Shown here: positions 1-11,045 of the stretch, piece after piece | How positions within the stretch are numbered: the stretch's first letter is position 1 | Layout: the number at the start of each line of letters is the position of its first letter | Source: an uncultured Armatimonadia bacterium | GTDB lineage: Bacteria > Armatimonadota > Zipacnadia > CAVVLO01 | DNA: 64,000 bases | Assembly (NCBI GenBank): GCA_963749155.1 | Contig: CAVVLO010000002.1 | Span: 1,024,001 to 1,088,000, forward strand | Direction: 5' to 3' | Translations under genes and position numbers: made by a program | Notes under the pieces: model-generated | The model's database searches: none | What the model was told of the DNA's origin: nothing | Seen by the model: only the letters and a program-made list of their open reading frames with translations

Positions 1-228
1 AGCTCTTAGCTGTCCAAAGAAGACTGGCCCACGTGAGTCCAGCTTGATAAGAAGGGCAAGCACAAGGAAGACCGGCGCAAGAAGCACCAGCAAGAGAATC
101 GCCAGGACCACGCTAAGCACGCCGGCTACAAAATCGTAGACCGGCCGATGCGAAGGCCCAATAAACTGCTCTGGTGGGCGGATTACCGGCGAGACGAGCG
201 AGAAATTCGATGAGCGAGTATCTCGCAA
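1..228 (-). CDS. Bacterial sugar transferase (WcaJ/WbaP-like priming glycosyltransferase), 5' part, runs off the window
   Basis: Manual translation: ...VLAILLLVLLAPVFLVLALLIKLDSRGPVFFGQLRA, the typical N-terminal helix plus IKLDSxGPVF motif. TTG start at 228 is tentative. Confidence 0.8.
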   Translation of the reverse strand, partial: MRDTRSSNFSLVSPVIRPPEQFIGPSHRPVYDFVAGVLSVVLAILLLVLLAPVFLVLALLIKLDSRGPVFFGQLRA

Positions 229-965
229 GCCAGAGTCGGCAATACTCTCGTATTCTCCAGCAGGTACCTTTTCCATAGTCTTTTTGGTTCCAGGGCGAAT
301 CGGTAATACCATTCCAGTCCGTTGCGGGTTGCCCAGTCGGGGGCAGCCTGACCTCGGCTGGCAAGGCTGTCGAAAGTGGAGCCAATACCTACACTCACTG
401 GCACCGCAAGCTCTTTAAGGTGAGTGGCCAGCCATTTCTCCTGTTTGGGAGCGCCAAAAGCCACGAATAACGCATCGGGAGTAGCAGCCTTGACGCGCGC
501 GATGGTCTCGGAGTTCAGTTCTGCATCGCGCTCAAAACCAAGAGGCGGCGAATAACACCCAACTACCTTGAGTCCTGGATTGCGGCCTTCAAGCAACTGG
601 GCTGCTTCTTCGGCAACGCCAGGGGCGGCTCCCAGAAAGAAGAGACGATATCCCCTGGCGGCAGCGCGCTCCGCAAAGGCGGGCAGCAGACGCGAGCCTG
701 GCACATGGGCGGGCAGGGGCTCTCCCATCGCTTTTGCGGCCCACAGGAGCGGCCTGCCATCGGCGACCAGTAAGCGCGCCCGCCAATAGGCAGCGCGAAA
801 AGCCGCATCTCGTCTGAAAGCATAGAGCTGGTTGACATTTACCGTGCACACAAGGCTTGGGACTCTCTCGGTAATATAGCTTTCCATCAGGTCGAGAGTC
901 TCTTCAAAGCTCACTCGGTGCAACGGTACACCAGCCAGCACAGTTGTAAGGGGAGCTGGCAGCAA
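183..965 (-). CDS. WecB/TagA/CpsF family glycosyltransferase
   Basis: Motifs ADGRPLLWA, VPGSRL, FFLGA, VAFGAPKQEKW, GLEWYYRFALEPKRLWKRY; AGGAGG RBS before TTG. Confidence 0.92.
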   Translation of the reverse strand: MLPAPLTTVLAGVPLHRVSFEETLDLMESYITERVPSLVCTVNVNQLYAFRRDAAFRAAYWRARLLVADGRPLLWAAKAMGEPLPAHVPGSRLLPAFAERAAARGYRLFFLGAAPGVAEEAAQLLEGRNPGLKVVGCYSPPLGFERDAELNSETIARVKAATPDALFVAFGAPKQEKWLATHLKELAVPVSVGIGSTFDSLASRGQAAPDWATRNGLEWYYRFALEPKRLWKRYLLENTRVLPTLACEILAHRISRSSRR

Positions 966-1004
966 GGCCCCTCCTAATTGCAGTTGGTTTGACAGGTATA
1001 TTGT

Positions 1005-1015
1005 AACCTACCACA
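1005..1015 (-). promoter_or_regulatory. Putative extended -10 promoter (TGTGgTAGGTT)
   Basis: TRTGn plus a -10-like hexamer 40 nt upstream of the WecB/TagA gene. Confidence 0.35.
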
Positions 1016-1029
1016 TATTAAGCCAAACG

Positions 1030-1968
1030 CTAGATACGTTTTCGTAACAACTCTAGTCGCAATCTGCGCAGGAAAGCCCCTCGAGTTGCCTTTTCGAGCT
1101 TGCAAAATCTGCGCCAGGTTAGAGCCGACACAGGCCGTCGGTCAGAGTATAACGAAGCAAGCTCATAGGAGAGTTTTCCTACAGCGCGCAGATACTGGCC
1201 ACAGATCCGGTTGCGCGCCGCTTGCAATCCATGACCAAGCAGGTGCATCGCCAGCCGCTCAGGCAGCGCCCAGCCTGGCACATGCCGTATATAGGTGGCA
1301 AGCCGATTGTGGAGATAATGGTAGAAACGCTCCTTGCCCCAGGAAAAGCGCCTGTCGGGCGAGACCTTGTGCAAAAGTCTGGAGTCAGGCCAGTACCAGA
1401 GACTATACCCCAGGTCCATCAAGCGCAAGGCAAGGGCTTCTTCTTCTCCGGAAAAGAAGTAGTCTTCATCGTAGCCACCAGCCCACCAAAAAACCTCTCG
1501 CTTTATCCCGCAGGCTCCCCCGGCGAAGACCACCGACTCAAAAGGTTCTCCCGCTTTGGCGAGCATATTGGCCGGATATACCCAGGAAGGGCCATCAAGT
1601 TCGCCTGAGTAGAAGTTATCAACTCGCATCGTAAGCACGGCGGCTTCAGGATGAGCCACAAAACCCGCCAGCAGCTCGCAAAGGGCATCAGGGGGCAACT
1701 CGGCATCATTGTCGAGGAACCAGAGCAAATCGCCTTTCGCCATCGAAGCCAGCAGATTACGGCCAGCAGCGACGCCGACATTTTGTTCGAGCCGCAGCAC
1801 ACGCACCTCGGGGAAGGCCGCCTCTATCGCTTCCACCGAACCGTCTTCAGAACCCTGATCTACGACCAGCACTTCATCCGGGGCAGTTTTAAGGCCTCGC
1901 AGGCTGGCCAGACAAGCCAGCGTATCGTCACGACGATTCCAGTTGAGCAGCAGGGCTGAGACCTGCAT
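1030..1968 (-). CDS. Glycosyltransferase family 2
   Basis: LLNWNR, VVDQGSEDGS, N.GVAAGRN, FLDNDA (DxD), GGYDEDYF. Confidence 0.92.
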   Translation of the reverse strand: MQVSALLLNWNRRDDTLACLASLRGLKTAPDEVLVVDQGSEDGSVEAIEAAFPEVRVLRLEQNVGVAAGRNLLASMAKGDLLWFLDNDAELPPDALCELLAGFVAHPEAAVLTMRVDNFYSGELDGPSWVYPANMLAKAGEPFESVVFAGGACGIKREVFWWAGGYDEDYFFSGEEEALALRLMDLGYSLWYWPDSRLLHKVSPDRRFSWGKERFYHYLHNRLATYIRHVPGWALPERLAMHLLGHGLQAARNRICGQYLRAVGKLSYELASLYSDRRPVSALTWRRFCKLEKATRGAFLRRLRLELLRKRI

Positions 1969-1992
1969 AGGGCAATCTCCCAGTCAGACCAA

Positions 1993-2020
1993 GGGAGCGC
2001 GTCAAGGTGACCGCGCTCCC
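1993..2020. terminator. GC-rich hairpin, possible terminator after the dehydrogenase gene
   Basis: gggagcgcg-tcaaggtgac-cgcgctccc inverted repeat. Confidence 0.45.
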
Positions 2021-2053
2021 CTTTAGTTTACCTCAGAAAAGTGAATCTGTTTA

Positions 2054-3064
2054 TTAACGTCCAGGATAGAGCAATACTTTACCGCACTGGCCAGTCAGTT
2101 GGAGTTCCCAGGCGGCTTGTACCTCGCTCAGCGAGAAGGAGTGGGTAATCAGCTTGTCGAGTGAAGCGCTGGTGCTTGCCAGCACTTGCATCAGGCGCGG
2201 GGCATCCTGCCTATTAAAGTGCCAGCAACCATGCAACGTAAGCCCTTGTGGGACGGGCAAGTCGCGCTCTATGCGGCCACCCCAACCGACGAAGGCCACT
2301 TCTCCCCGACGCCTGGTGGCATCCATACAGAATGACTGGGCGGTTGGCACGGCGGTACAATCGATAGCCTTGTCTACCCCTCGCCCTCGGTCGGTTAACG
2401 CTTTCACCTGAGCAAGCGCCTCTGGTTCTTCAGGATTGATAATTGCCTCGGCGCCAAGTTCGAGGGCCAGGCTGGCACGGTAAGGATTGCTCTCAAGGCC
2501 GATTACACGTGCCCCTCGAAAGCGAGCATTGATAACTCCGCCCAGACCCACCGGGCCGAGTCCTGCGATCAGCACTGTGTCGAAAGCGTCAACCTTCATC
2601 CGCTGCATCGCGCCAAAAGTCGGTCCCAGGCCGCAACAAGCCATACTGGCGTGCTCGTAGCTCATCCCCTCGGGGACAGGGAGGCAAAGCCAGTCCTGCT
2701 TTATGCAGTATTCGGCATAGGTGCCCAAGCCTGTCTCGGAGCCACACAGGGCTAATGGGTCAACACAATCCTCGCAGTGGATGTAGTCGCCCGCAAGGCA
2801 TAGTTTACACAGGCCACAAGGGAACTGTGGCATCACAACCACGCGGTCACCAACTTTCACCTGGCCAGGCTGAGCGACCTCAACTACCTCGCCTGCGGCC
2901 TCGTGGCCAAGGACGTTGCTGGCCCATCCATCTTTATAACCTTTATATTCGGTACACATCGGAGCGACTTCGATGCGCACCAGCACGAAATTCTCGCGCA
3001 CTTTTGGATTAGGCACTTCCTGCAACTCTGACTGGCGCGGTCCCGTGATTGCGGCAACCTTCAT
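2054..3064 (-). CDS. Zinc-dependent (medium-chain) alcohol/sugar dehydrogenase
   Basis: GHEAAG, CGLCKLC...C structural Zn site, GLGPVG Rossmann motif; start MKVAAIT at 3064 follows a GGAGG RBS. Confidence 0.9.
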   Translation of the reverse strand: MKVAAITGPRQSELQEVPNPKVRENFVLVRIEVAPMCTEYKGYKDGWASNVLGHEAAGEVVEVAQPGQVKVGDRVVVMPQFPCGLCKLCLAGDYIHCEDCVDPLALCGSETGLGTYAEYCIKQDWLCLPVPEGMSYEHASMACCGLGPTFGAMQRMKVDAFDTVLIAGLGPVGLGGVINARFRGARVIGLESNPYRASLALELGAEAIINPEEPEALAQVKALTDRGRGVDKAIDCTAVPTAQSFCMDATRRRGEVAFVGWGGRIERDLPVPQGLTLHGCWHFNRQDAPRLMQVLASTSASLDKLITHSFSLSEVQAAWELQLTGQCGKVLLYPGR

Positions 3065-3078
3065 CCAGGCGCCCTCCT

Positions 3079-5238
3079 CTAGTCGAAGATGACCATCTCG
3101 TGCAAGGCTACCTTGGGGACGGTAACCCTGGTCCAGCCATCTTCCCACTCGGGCTGCAGGTTAAGCCCGGACGGCTCGAGGCGGACGTTCTTGTAACGGC
3201 CTTTGAGGGAGACCACGATGTCATGCACTGGCACGACTTCGTCCACCAGAGGCATCCGGCCCCGCATAACCGTCGGGCGCAGTGAAGTCAGAGGCGAGTT
3301 GGTCAGATGGATAATGCGCTTGCCCTCACGCTCGAAGGCCGTCACTTCGATGACCTTGGGCGCCTGTACCTCAAGCCAGGGCTTTGCGCGATTGGCCAGG
3401 CTCGCGATGAATTGCCTGACGCGGGGATAGGGGAAGCCAGCATACCCCATACCCAGGTCGGCTCCGACGTAAATAACTTCGCCGGCGCCGATCTCGCGCA
3501 GGACCGCAAGAGGCTGGTCGGTCGCAGGCACGTTCTCTCCTGCCCCGCCGGTTGCGGCGTCATTGCCCGCCGTAAAACGTAGCACAGGTCTGGCGCCGCT
3601 TGCCGGGTCAACAGTGAATTCGCAGTAAGGCGAGACAAACCAGTACAAGCGCGAAGGACTGGCCTCGCTGCGGAAGTCCTCCTCCAGCACACCCACTGGA
3701 CTGGTCGCAGGATAAGCGCCCTGGGGCTTGCTTGCCTGGTAGTGAACCCCAAGCAGGTCAGCGAGGACGAAATCTGGCCGTTTCACGCCCAGGTCGTCAT
3801 AAAGACCAGTCTCACCACACACAATCAGGTGACCGCCCTTACTGACATAAGTCTGCAACTGGGCTGCTTCTTCATCGGACAGGCAACCAGAAGAGGGCAA
3901 TATGACAACTGGATACTGGGCCAGATACTCCGCTGTCAGTTGGCCGTCCAGCACGAAGTCGAAGATGATATGCGACTCGGCCAAGGCCTGGTAGATACCC
4001 GAGGCCATCTTGTCATACTCCCACATACCGCCTGGATAACTGAAATCCCGGGCGCGCTGGGAGTAATGCATCGCGGCGTAGGTCAGTGGTTCTCCCCCAT
4101 GCCAGGCGGCGCGTTTTTTCAGTTCGGCAAAGGCAGGACCCAGGCACTTTGCCATATCTTCAGTTGCGCTTGACCAGCCACAGAAGCTGTGGCCACCCTG
4201 GGCAAACTCAAGCAGCAGGCTGACCGTCGTCTGGACCGGGTCCGGCTGGGGGGGGAAGCCAATCTGGAAGTCCCAAACTGGTCGCCACAGTTCGAAAGAA
4301 TAGGGATTGATGGCCTTGATCATCCGGGCGTTGAAGCCGGTATTGGTGGTATTCCAGGCCATATCGCCCACAATGTTGTTCTCACCGCTGACACAGACAG
4401 GCAGATTCCAGGGCGAAAGCGGGGTGCCGCAATCCCACCCGTGGCCCGGACGGTAATAGTTGCCGAAGGCGACGTGAGCGTCTGGCCTGGCCGCAAGGGC
4501 AGCCTCATACAGGTCCTGCATATGCTCGCGCATCACGTCATAACGCCAGCGCACAAAGCGGCGGAAGTTGAGGTCGCCGAGGTCGATCCTCTCCGGCACC
4601 TCGAAACCCGTCTCGGCCTTGTAACGAGCGCGGCAGAAGGGACACTTGCAACCTGCGTAGAAGGGCACGCTAAGCATACTGCCAAAGACGGTGCCATCAA
4701 ACCACAGCCCATCGAAATCGAGGTCAGTGAGTATCTCGGTGATCTCGGTTTTCAGGAAGGCCTTGGCTTCAGGATTGTTGGGACAGAGCCAGCCAACGTT
4801 TATGCCTTCGGGCACCTCGCGGCTCGGGTCATCCAGGAGGACCATATTCCAGTCGGGATGAGCCTGGCCTGCGCCTTTGCTCCAGGTGGGGCCAAGCCAG
4901 CTTATTACCGCGATATCTTTTTCGTGGGCAAGCCGGACAGCTTCCTTGATATAGGTCGGATCGAAGTCGCCGGAAGGGTAGCCGACCTGGCTTGGATAAT
5001 TCACATCACAGTTGGCGTCTACGGCAGAGAAGACCCACAGGTCGATGCCTGCAGCGGCGATGTCAGCTACCCAGTCTGCCGGATTGCCGGTGATGGGGCC
5101 ACCTGGACGACTCTCAACGCGGCAGAAGCGATCATCGAGAGGTCCAGCCTTGGAATAAGCAGAGGGCCTGCCCTGGGCCAAAGCCAGAGTCGCAATCAAA
5201 ATAAGCATTAGAGCCATAAGTATTCGAGCATCAAGCAT
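3079..5238 (-). CDS. Secreted glycoside hydrolase-like protein (TIM barrel plus beta-galactosidase trimerisation-like domain)
   Basis: Signal peptide; FDGLWFDG, CKCPFCR cluster, VVILPSSGCLSDEE and GGHLIVCGETGLYD motifs of GH42-like/trimerisation-domain proteins. Confidence 0.65.
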   Translation of the reverse strand: MLDARILMALMLILIATLALAQGRPSAYSKAGPLDDRFCRVESRPGGPITGNPADWVADIAAAGIDLWVFSAVDANCDVNYPSQVGYPSGDFDPTYIKEAVRLAHEKDIAVISWLGPTWSKGAGQAHPDWNMVLLDDPSREVPEGINVGWLCPNNPEAKAFLKTEITEILTDLDFDGLWFDGTVFGSMLSVPFYAGCKCPFCRARYKAETGFEVPERIDLGDLNFRRFVRWRYDVMREHMQDLYEAALAARPDAHVAFGNYYRPGHGWDCGTPLSPWNLPVCVSGENNIVGDMAWNTTNTGFNARMIKAINPYSFELWRPVWDFQIGFPPQPDPVQTTVSLLLEFAQGGHSFCGWSSATEDMAKCLGPAFAELKKRAAWHGGEPLTYAAMHYSQRARDFSYPGGMWEYDKMASGIYQALAESHIIFDFVLDGQLTAEYLAQYPVVILPSSGCLSDEEAAQLQTYVSKGGHLIVCGETGLYDDLGVKRPDFVLADLLGVHYQASKPQGAYPATSPVGVLEEDFRSEASPSRLYWFVSPYCEFTVDPASGARPVLRFTAGNDAATGGAGENVPATDQPLAVLREIGAGEVIYVGADLGMGYAGFPYPRVRQFIASLANRAKPWLEVQAPKVIEVTAFEREGKRIIHLTNSPLTSLRPTVMRGRMPLVDEVVPVHDIVVSLKGRYKNVRLEPSGLNLQPEWEDGWTRVTVPKVALHEMVIFD

Positions 5239-5279
5239 CAGGAGTACCTCCAGGCACTTTCTATATGGAAAGGCGCCCG

Positions 5280-5311
5280 GCAGTATTGAACGAAGAAGGC
5301 GGCTCTCCTGC
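5280..5311 (-). promoter_or_regulatory. Bipartite motif GCAGGAGAG-N14-CAATACTGC (sigma-H-like promoter candidate)
   Basis: Both 9-mers recur identically at 43668-43700; lies 41 nt upstream of the start codon. Confidence 0.5.
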
Positions 5312-5335
5312 CAAAGGGCCCGAAGCGCGCGCGAT

Positions 5336-5346
5336 TATGCGATAAT
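5336..5346 (+). promoter_or_regulatory. Extended -10 promoter (TATGcGATAAT) for rapZ
   Basis: TRTGn plus -10 hexamer 60 nt before the start. Confidence 0.45.
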
Positions 5347-5405
5347 AGAAGGGCCGCGCAAGCACGCCGCGCGATAACTTTGCCTCATCGGAGGAAGAGC
5401 CCATC

Positions 5406-6302
5406 GTGGCTGAGCCCAGGTTCTACATAATCACAGGGCTTTCAGGAGCCGGCAAGTCTCAGGCAATGCACCATTTCGAGGACTTCGGCTTCTATTGCGT
5501 GGATAACTTGCCCCCCAAGCTGCTGCTTACCTTTGCCGAGCTTTGCCAGCAGTCGAAGGATAGTTTCGAGAACGTCGCCTTGTTGCTCGATGTGCGCTCG
5601 GACGATTTTCTCGAGATCTTCCTGACCACTCTGGACGAGCTGGATGCTCGGGGCTTCCAGTGGCAGATGCTCTTCTTCGACGCAAGTGATGAAGAGCTGC
5701 TCAACCGGTTCAAGGAGACGCGTCGCAAGCACCCGCTTATAGATAAATACGGCAGTGTCAGCGCCTCCATCGTAGCGGAGAGAGGCCTGATGCAGGCGGT
5801 CAAGCTGCGCGCCAACCGGGTTATCGATACGACAGGCCTTTCAGCCAAGGAACTAAAAACCTTGCTTGCCCAGGCTTATGAGCAGGAAGGTAAAGTCCAG
5901 CTTCAGGTCACGGTCATCTCCTTTGGTTTCAAACATGGATTGCCCAGTGCTGCTGAACTTGTTTTCGATGTGCGGCCCTTGCCCAATCCTTATTACGAGA
6001 CTGAACTGCGCGACTTGACGGGGCTGGATGAAGAAGTAAAACAATTTGTCTTCGCAGAGCCTCAGACCGAAGGCCTGATGGAACGGCTGATGGCCCTGGT
6101 CTCTTATATGATGCCCCTTTACGAAGCCGAGGGCCGGATGGCTGTCACGCTGGGAGTCGGCTGCACAGGAGGCCGACACCGGTCGGTTGTGCTTTCAGGC
6201 GAAATCGCAGAAAGGCTGAGAACGCTTGGGTATCAGGTCTTTGTAGAGCATCGCGACCTGCGTATGGCGAAAACTGAAGCTGGGCAGGTGGAACCGAACT
6301 AG
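5406..6302 (+). CDS. rapZ: RNase adapter RapZ/YvcJ (P-loop nucleotide-binding protein)
   Basis: ITGLSGAGKS, CVDNLPP, RFKETRRKHPL, SFGFKHG, GCTGGRHRSV. Confidence 0.96.
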   Translation: MAEPRFYIITGLSGAGKSQAMHHFEDFGFYCVDNLPPKLLLTFAELCQQSKDSFENVALLLDVRSDDFLEIFLTTLDELDARGFQWQMLFFDASDEELLNRFKETRRKHPLIDKYGSVSASIVAERGLMQAVKLRANRVIDTTGLSAKELKTLLAQAYEQEGKVQLQVTVISFGFKHGLPSAAELVFDVRPLPNPYYETELRDLTGLDEEVKQFVFAEPQTEGLMERLMALVSYMMPLYEAEGRMAVTLGVGCTGGRHRSVVLSGEIAERLRTLGYQVFVEHRDLRMAKTEAGQVEPN

Positions 6303-6305
6303 CCG

Positions 6306-7623
6306 ATGCCAAGGATAAGAGACCTGCTTAAGTGGTTGTATCCCGGGCTAGGAGTGAAGCGCTGGCTGCTAGCGCTCCTTGTCGGCACAGCCCTGGTTGC
6401 TTTTGGCCTGGCGCTGCTCGCCAAGGATGAGTTGCTGTTTGGTAACAACCGCCTGGTCGAGTGGGTGTATTTCAACACGGGTATATTGATTGCGCACAGT
6501 TGGTTTGGCGCGGTAATTATGCTGCTCGGATTACTCCTGCTTGGCTTTGCGCTTTCCCGATTGCTGCATACAATCGTTGATGTACTAAGACCTGCGGAAC
6601 ACGGGCAACTCGCGGACTTGCTGGTGCGCAAACGGTTCCTCGCCCATGGAGAAGAAATTGTTGCCCTGGGTGGCGGGACGGGCCTTTCTACCTTGCTACG
6701 CGGCATCAAGGAATACACCCGCAACATCAGCGCTGTGGTTACCGTGGCGGACGATGGCGGCAGCACGGGCCGGCTGAGGCGCGACTTCGGCATCCTGGCC
6801 CCTGGAGATTTGCGAAGCTGCCTGGCCGCGCTGGCAGATGCCGAGCCGCAGATGATGTCGCTACTGCAATACAGGTTTGATGAGCAAAGCAAGGAGCTGG
6901 AAGGCCATTCGCTCGGCAATCTGCTAATCACCGCGCTTACCAAGGTACAAGGCAATTTCTCTGACGGCTATCCAGGAACTAAGCAAAGTTCTGGCCATCC
7001 GCGGCCGGGTCTTGCCGGCGACCCTGGCCAATGTCGCGCTGGTGGGAGAACTGCTTAACGGCGAGCGCGTGGAGGGTGAAAGCAACATCCCCAAATCGCA
7101 TTTCCCCATCAGGAGGGTGTGGCTGGAACCCGAGAGTCCCCCTGCGGCGCCCGAGGTAATTGAAGCCTTGCAGAACGCCGCGGTCATCGTGGTCGGCCCA
7201 GGCAGCCTGTTCACCAGTCTGCTACCCAACCTGCTGGTGGCGGGAGTCACTGATGCCATCCGGGCCTCTGAGGCAGTGCGGGTCTATGTGTGCAATGTGA
7301 TGACCCAGCCGGGGGAGACTGACGGCTTCACCGCCGCGGACCATATAAAGCTGATTTACGCCCATACAGGGCCAGGCCTGTTCGATTATGTGCTGCTCAA
7401 TAGCCAGGAGCCTCCTACCGAAGTGCTCTCGCGCTACGACAACGTGGCCGCGGAGCTGGTATACAACGACCTCGATGAGCTAAGAGAGCTTGAATTGGAG
7501 CCAATTGAGCGCCCTCTATTGCAGGTGAGCGAGGTAATCCGCCACGATCCGGCGGCTCTGGCCGAGGCCTTGTTTACCCTGGTAGACAGGGGCCGGCCAC
7601 GTCCCCGAAAAAGGCGAAGCTAA
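6306..7623 (+). CDS. yvcK: Gluconeogenesis factor YvcK/GlmR with N-terminal transmembrane segments; split by one extra base near 6960
   Basis: GGGTGLS, VTVADDGGSTGRLR, HSLGNL in frame 1; GPGSLFTS, NVMTQPGETDG, RHDP in frame 2; joins as ...QGNF|LTAIQELSKVL. Confidence 0.93.
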
Positions 7624-7661
7624 CCCTGGACGATTTGTATACTCATATAGCCTTATGGCCC

Positions 7662-7689
7662 TTGAGTTAAGAGGCCGGATGTGTATAAT
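7662..7689 (+). promoter_or_regulatory. Sigma70-type promoter for gap-pgk-tpiA
   Basis: TTGAGT-N16-TATAAT. Confidence 0.55.
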
Positions 7690-7789
7690 GAACGTTGTCG
7701 CGTAGTAACTGACTTGACCACAACAGGGCTTGGACCCCCTCCTTTGGGAGGAGTCGAAGCCTCTGTTATTTAGAAAGGGAGGCTTTATT

Positions 7790-8812
<1,023 letters not shown>

Positions 8813-8841
8813 GGTTCTGCCCCAAAACAGATAACAAACAG

Positions 8842-8871
8842 CAAGGGCGGCGCCGACCAGCGTCGCCCTTG
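8842..8871 (+). terminator. Hairpin between gap and pgk
   Basis: caagggcggcgc-cgacca-gcgtcgcccttg. Confidence 0.55.
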
Positions 8872-8952
8872 TCACTTAGAAACCAAGCCTCAGGTCACTA
8901 ATATGAAGAGTTCTTGGCGCCTGGGCCAGGTTTGATAAAGGAGGCAAGTCCA

Positions 8953-10143
8953 ATGAAAAAAATGACCGTTCGGGACGTCGCGGTAACTGGCAAGAAGATT
9001 CTGATGCGGGTGGACTTCAACGTCTCGCTTTATGAAGACGGCACCATCCGGAGCGATTCGCGCATCAAAGCGGCGCTGCCGACCATCAATTATCTGCTCG
9101 AGCAAGGCGCGCTTATCACCCTTACCAGCCATCTCGGCAGGCCGAAAGGCAAGGTTGACGAGACCGCCAGGCTTGATAAAGTAGCGGCCCGGCTTGAGGA
9201 ACTACTGGGCAAGCCGATTACTTACCTCAAAGAAGCTATCGGCCCTGTTGTAGAGGAAGCTGTTGCCAGACAGAAGCCTGGCGAGGTTATCCTGCTCGAG
9301 AATATCCGCTTCTACCCCGGCGAGGAGGCTAACGATCCCGAGTTCGCCAAGCAGCTTGCCAAGCCCTTCGAGCTTTATGTGCAGGATGCCTTCGGCACCG
9401 CGCATCGCGCTCACGCCTCGACCGAGGGGGTTGCGCATGTGCTGCCAGCGTATGCCGGCTTCCTGATGGAGAAGGAGATTGACTTCCTCTCCAAGGCAAC
9501 GACCGACCCCGCGCGCCCCTATGTAGCCATCCTCGGTGGCGCCAAGGTAAAAGACAAGATTGGCGTCATCGACAACCTGCTGCAGGTCTGCGACAAGCTT
9601 ATCATCGGCGGGGGAATGGCCTTCACTTTCTTCAAAGCCAAGGGCTGGGAGATAGGGCATTCGATTCTGGACGCCGAGAACATTGACCAGGCCGGCGAGT
9701 TTATGAAGCTTGCCGAGGAGCGCGGTATCGAGCTCCTGCTGCCAGTAGACACTGTGATCGCCCAGGAGATGAAGCCTGGTGTCCCAACGAAGGTTGTCGA
9801 CTCGGACCAGATTCCCGCGGATTGGGAAGGCTTCGATATCGGCCCAACCAGCATCGAAGTCTTCAAAGAGGCAATGAGAGGCGCCAAAACCGTGTGCTGG
9901 AACGGCCCGGTTGGCGTGTTCGAGATCCCCGAGTTTGCCAAGGGCACCAAAGCCATCGCTGAAGCGCTGGCTGCACTGCCAGATGCCGTCACAATCGTAG
10001 GTGGCGGAGAGACCGCAACGGCTGTGAAAGAGATGGGCGTTGCCAGCAAGATAAGTCATGTCTCCACCGGCGGCGGCGCGAGCCTCGAGTTCCTCGAGGG
10101 TATCGAGTTGCCTGGTGTGGCGGCACTAAAAGACGCGGAATAA
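8953..10143 (+). CDS. pgk: Phosphoglycerate kinase
   Basis: [48 protein letters not shown]. Confidence 0.98.
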   Translation: MKKMTVRDVAVTGKKILMRVDFNVSLYEDGTIRSDSRIKAALPTINYLLEQGALITLTSHLGRPKGKVDETARLDKVAARLEELLGKPITYLKEAIGPVVEEAVARQKPGEVILLENIRFYPGEEANDPEFAKQLAKPFELYVQDAFGTAHRAHASTEGVAHVLPAYAGFLMEKEIDFLSKATTDPARPYVAILGGAKVKDKIGVIDNLLQVCDKLIIGGGMAFTFFKAKGWEIGHSILDAENIDQAGEFMKLAEERGIELLLPVDTVIAQEMKPGVPTKVVDSDQIPADWEGFDIGPTSIEVFKEAMRGAKTVCWNGPVGVFEIPEFAKGTKAIAEALAALPDAVTIVGGGETATAVKEMGVASKISHVSTGGGASLEFLEGIELPGVAALKDAE

Positions 10144-10155
10144 GGAGAAGCCTTT

Positions 10156-10989
10156 ATGAAACGCAAGCCTATGATGGCTGGTAACTGGAAGATGAACAAG
10201 ACGATCTCCGAGGCGAAGGAGCTTGCCCTGGCGCTGAAGGCAAGCGCCGGCGCGGAGACCAAAGTAGACGTAGTGCTTTGTCCGCCTTTCCTGGCGATCC
10301 CCACGGTGGCCGAGGCAGTGGCCGGCTCGAACATAAAAGTCGCAGCCCAGGATTTCTTCTGGAAAGAGAAAGGTGCTTATACCGGCGAGATCTCTGCCCA
10401 GATGATCAAGGACGGTGGCTGCGCCTCGGTAGTTATCGGCCACTCCGAGCGCCGGGGGCGTTTTGGCAAGGTCGAAGATGATCTTGTCGGCGAGGGCCTT
10501 GGGCCTTTTGGTGACAACAATACGACCGTCAACACCAAGACGAAAGCCGCTCTAGATGCAGGTCTGCTTCCCATCGTGTGCTGCGGTGAGACCCTGGCCG
10601 AGCGCAAGACCGGCAAGACCGACCTTGTGGTCAAGAGCCAGGTGCTGGCCGCGCTGGCAGGACTTTCGGGCGAAGAGATCGCCAAGGTAGTCATCGCATA
10701 TGAACCCGTCTGGGCCATCGGCACAGGCGAAGTGTGTGATTCTGCCGAGGCCAACCGGGTGCTTGGGATGATCCGCGGCGCCCTGGCAGAGCTGGTCGGC
10801 GACACCGCCCAGGCGATGCAGATTCTCTATGGCGGTTCGGTTGCACCTGATAACATCGAAGAGCTTATGGCTCAGCCCGAGATAGATGGCGGGCTGGTCG
10901 GCGGCGCGAGTCTCGTAGCGGAGAAGTTCCAGGCGCTGATTGACGCTGCGGCGAAGGCAAGAGGCGGCTGCTGCGGTTGCGGTGGCTAG
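10156..10989 (+). CDS. tpiA: Triosephosphate isomerase
   Basis: [40 protein letters not shown]. Confidence 0.98.
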   Translation: MKRKPMMAGNWKMNKTISEAKELALALKASAGAETKVDVVLCPPFLAIPTVAEAVAGSNIKVAAQDFFWKEKGAYTGEISAQMIKDGGCASVVIGHSERRGRFGKVEDDLVGEGLGPFGDNNTTVNTKTKAALDAGLLPIVCCGETLAERKTGKTDLVVKSQVLAALAGLSGEEIAKVVIAYEPVWAIGTGEVCDSAEANRVLGMIRGALAELVGDTAQAMQILYGGSVAPDNIEELMAQPEIDGGLVGGASLVAEKFQALIDAAAKARGGCCGCGG

Positions 10990-11010
10990 TCTTCAGTTCT
11001 ACCAAATAGG

Positions 11011-11043
11011 AAGAGCCCGGGCCACAAGTTGGCCCGGGTTCTT
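11011..11043. terminator. Bidirectional terminator between convergent tpiA and ogt
   Basis: aagagcccgggcca-caagt-tggcccgggttctt. Confidence 0.7.
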
Positions 11044-11045
11044 GC

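Noticed and set aside
183..965. TagA-like gene acting with csaB in one pyruvylated-polymer pathway
   Set aside because: Biochemically plausible, but the genes are 51 kb apart and nothing in the sequence links them
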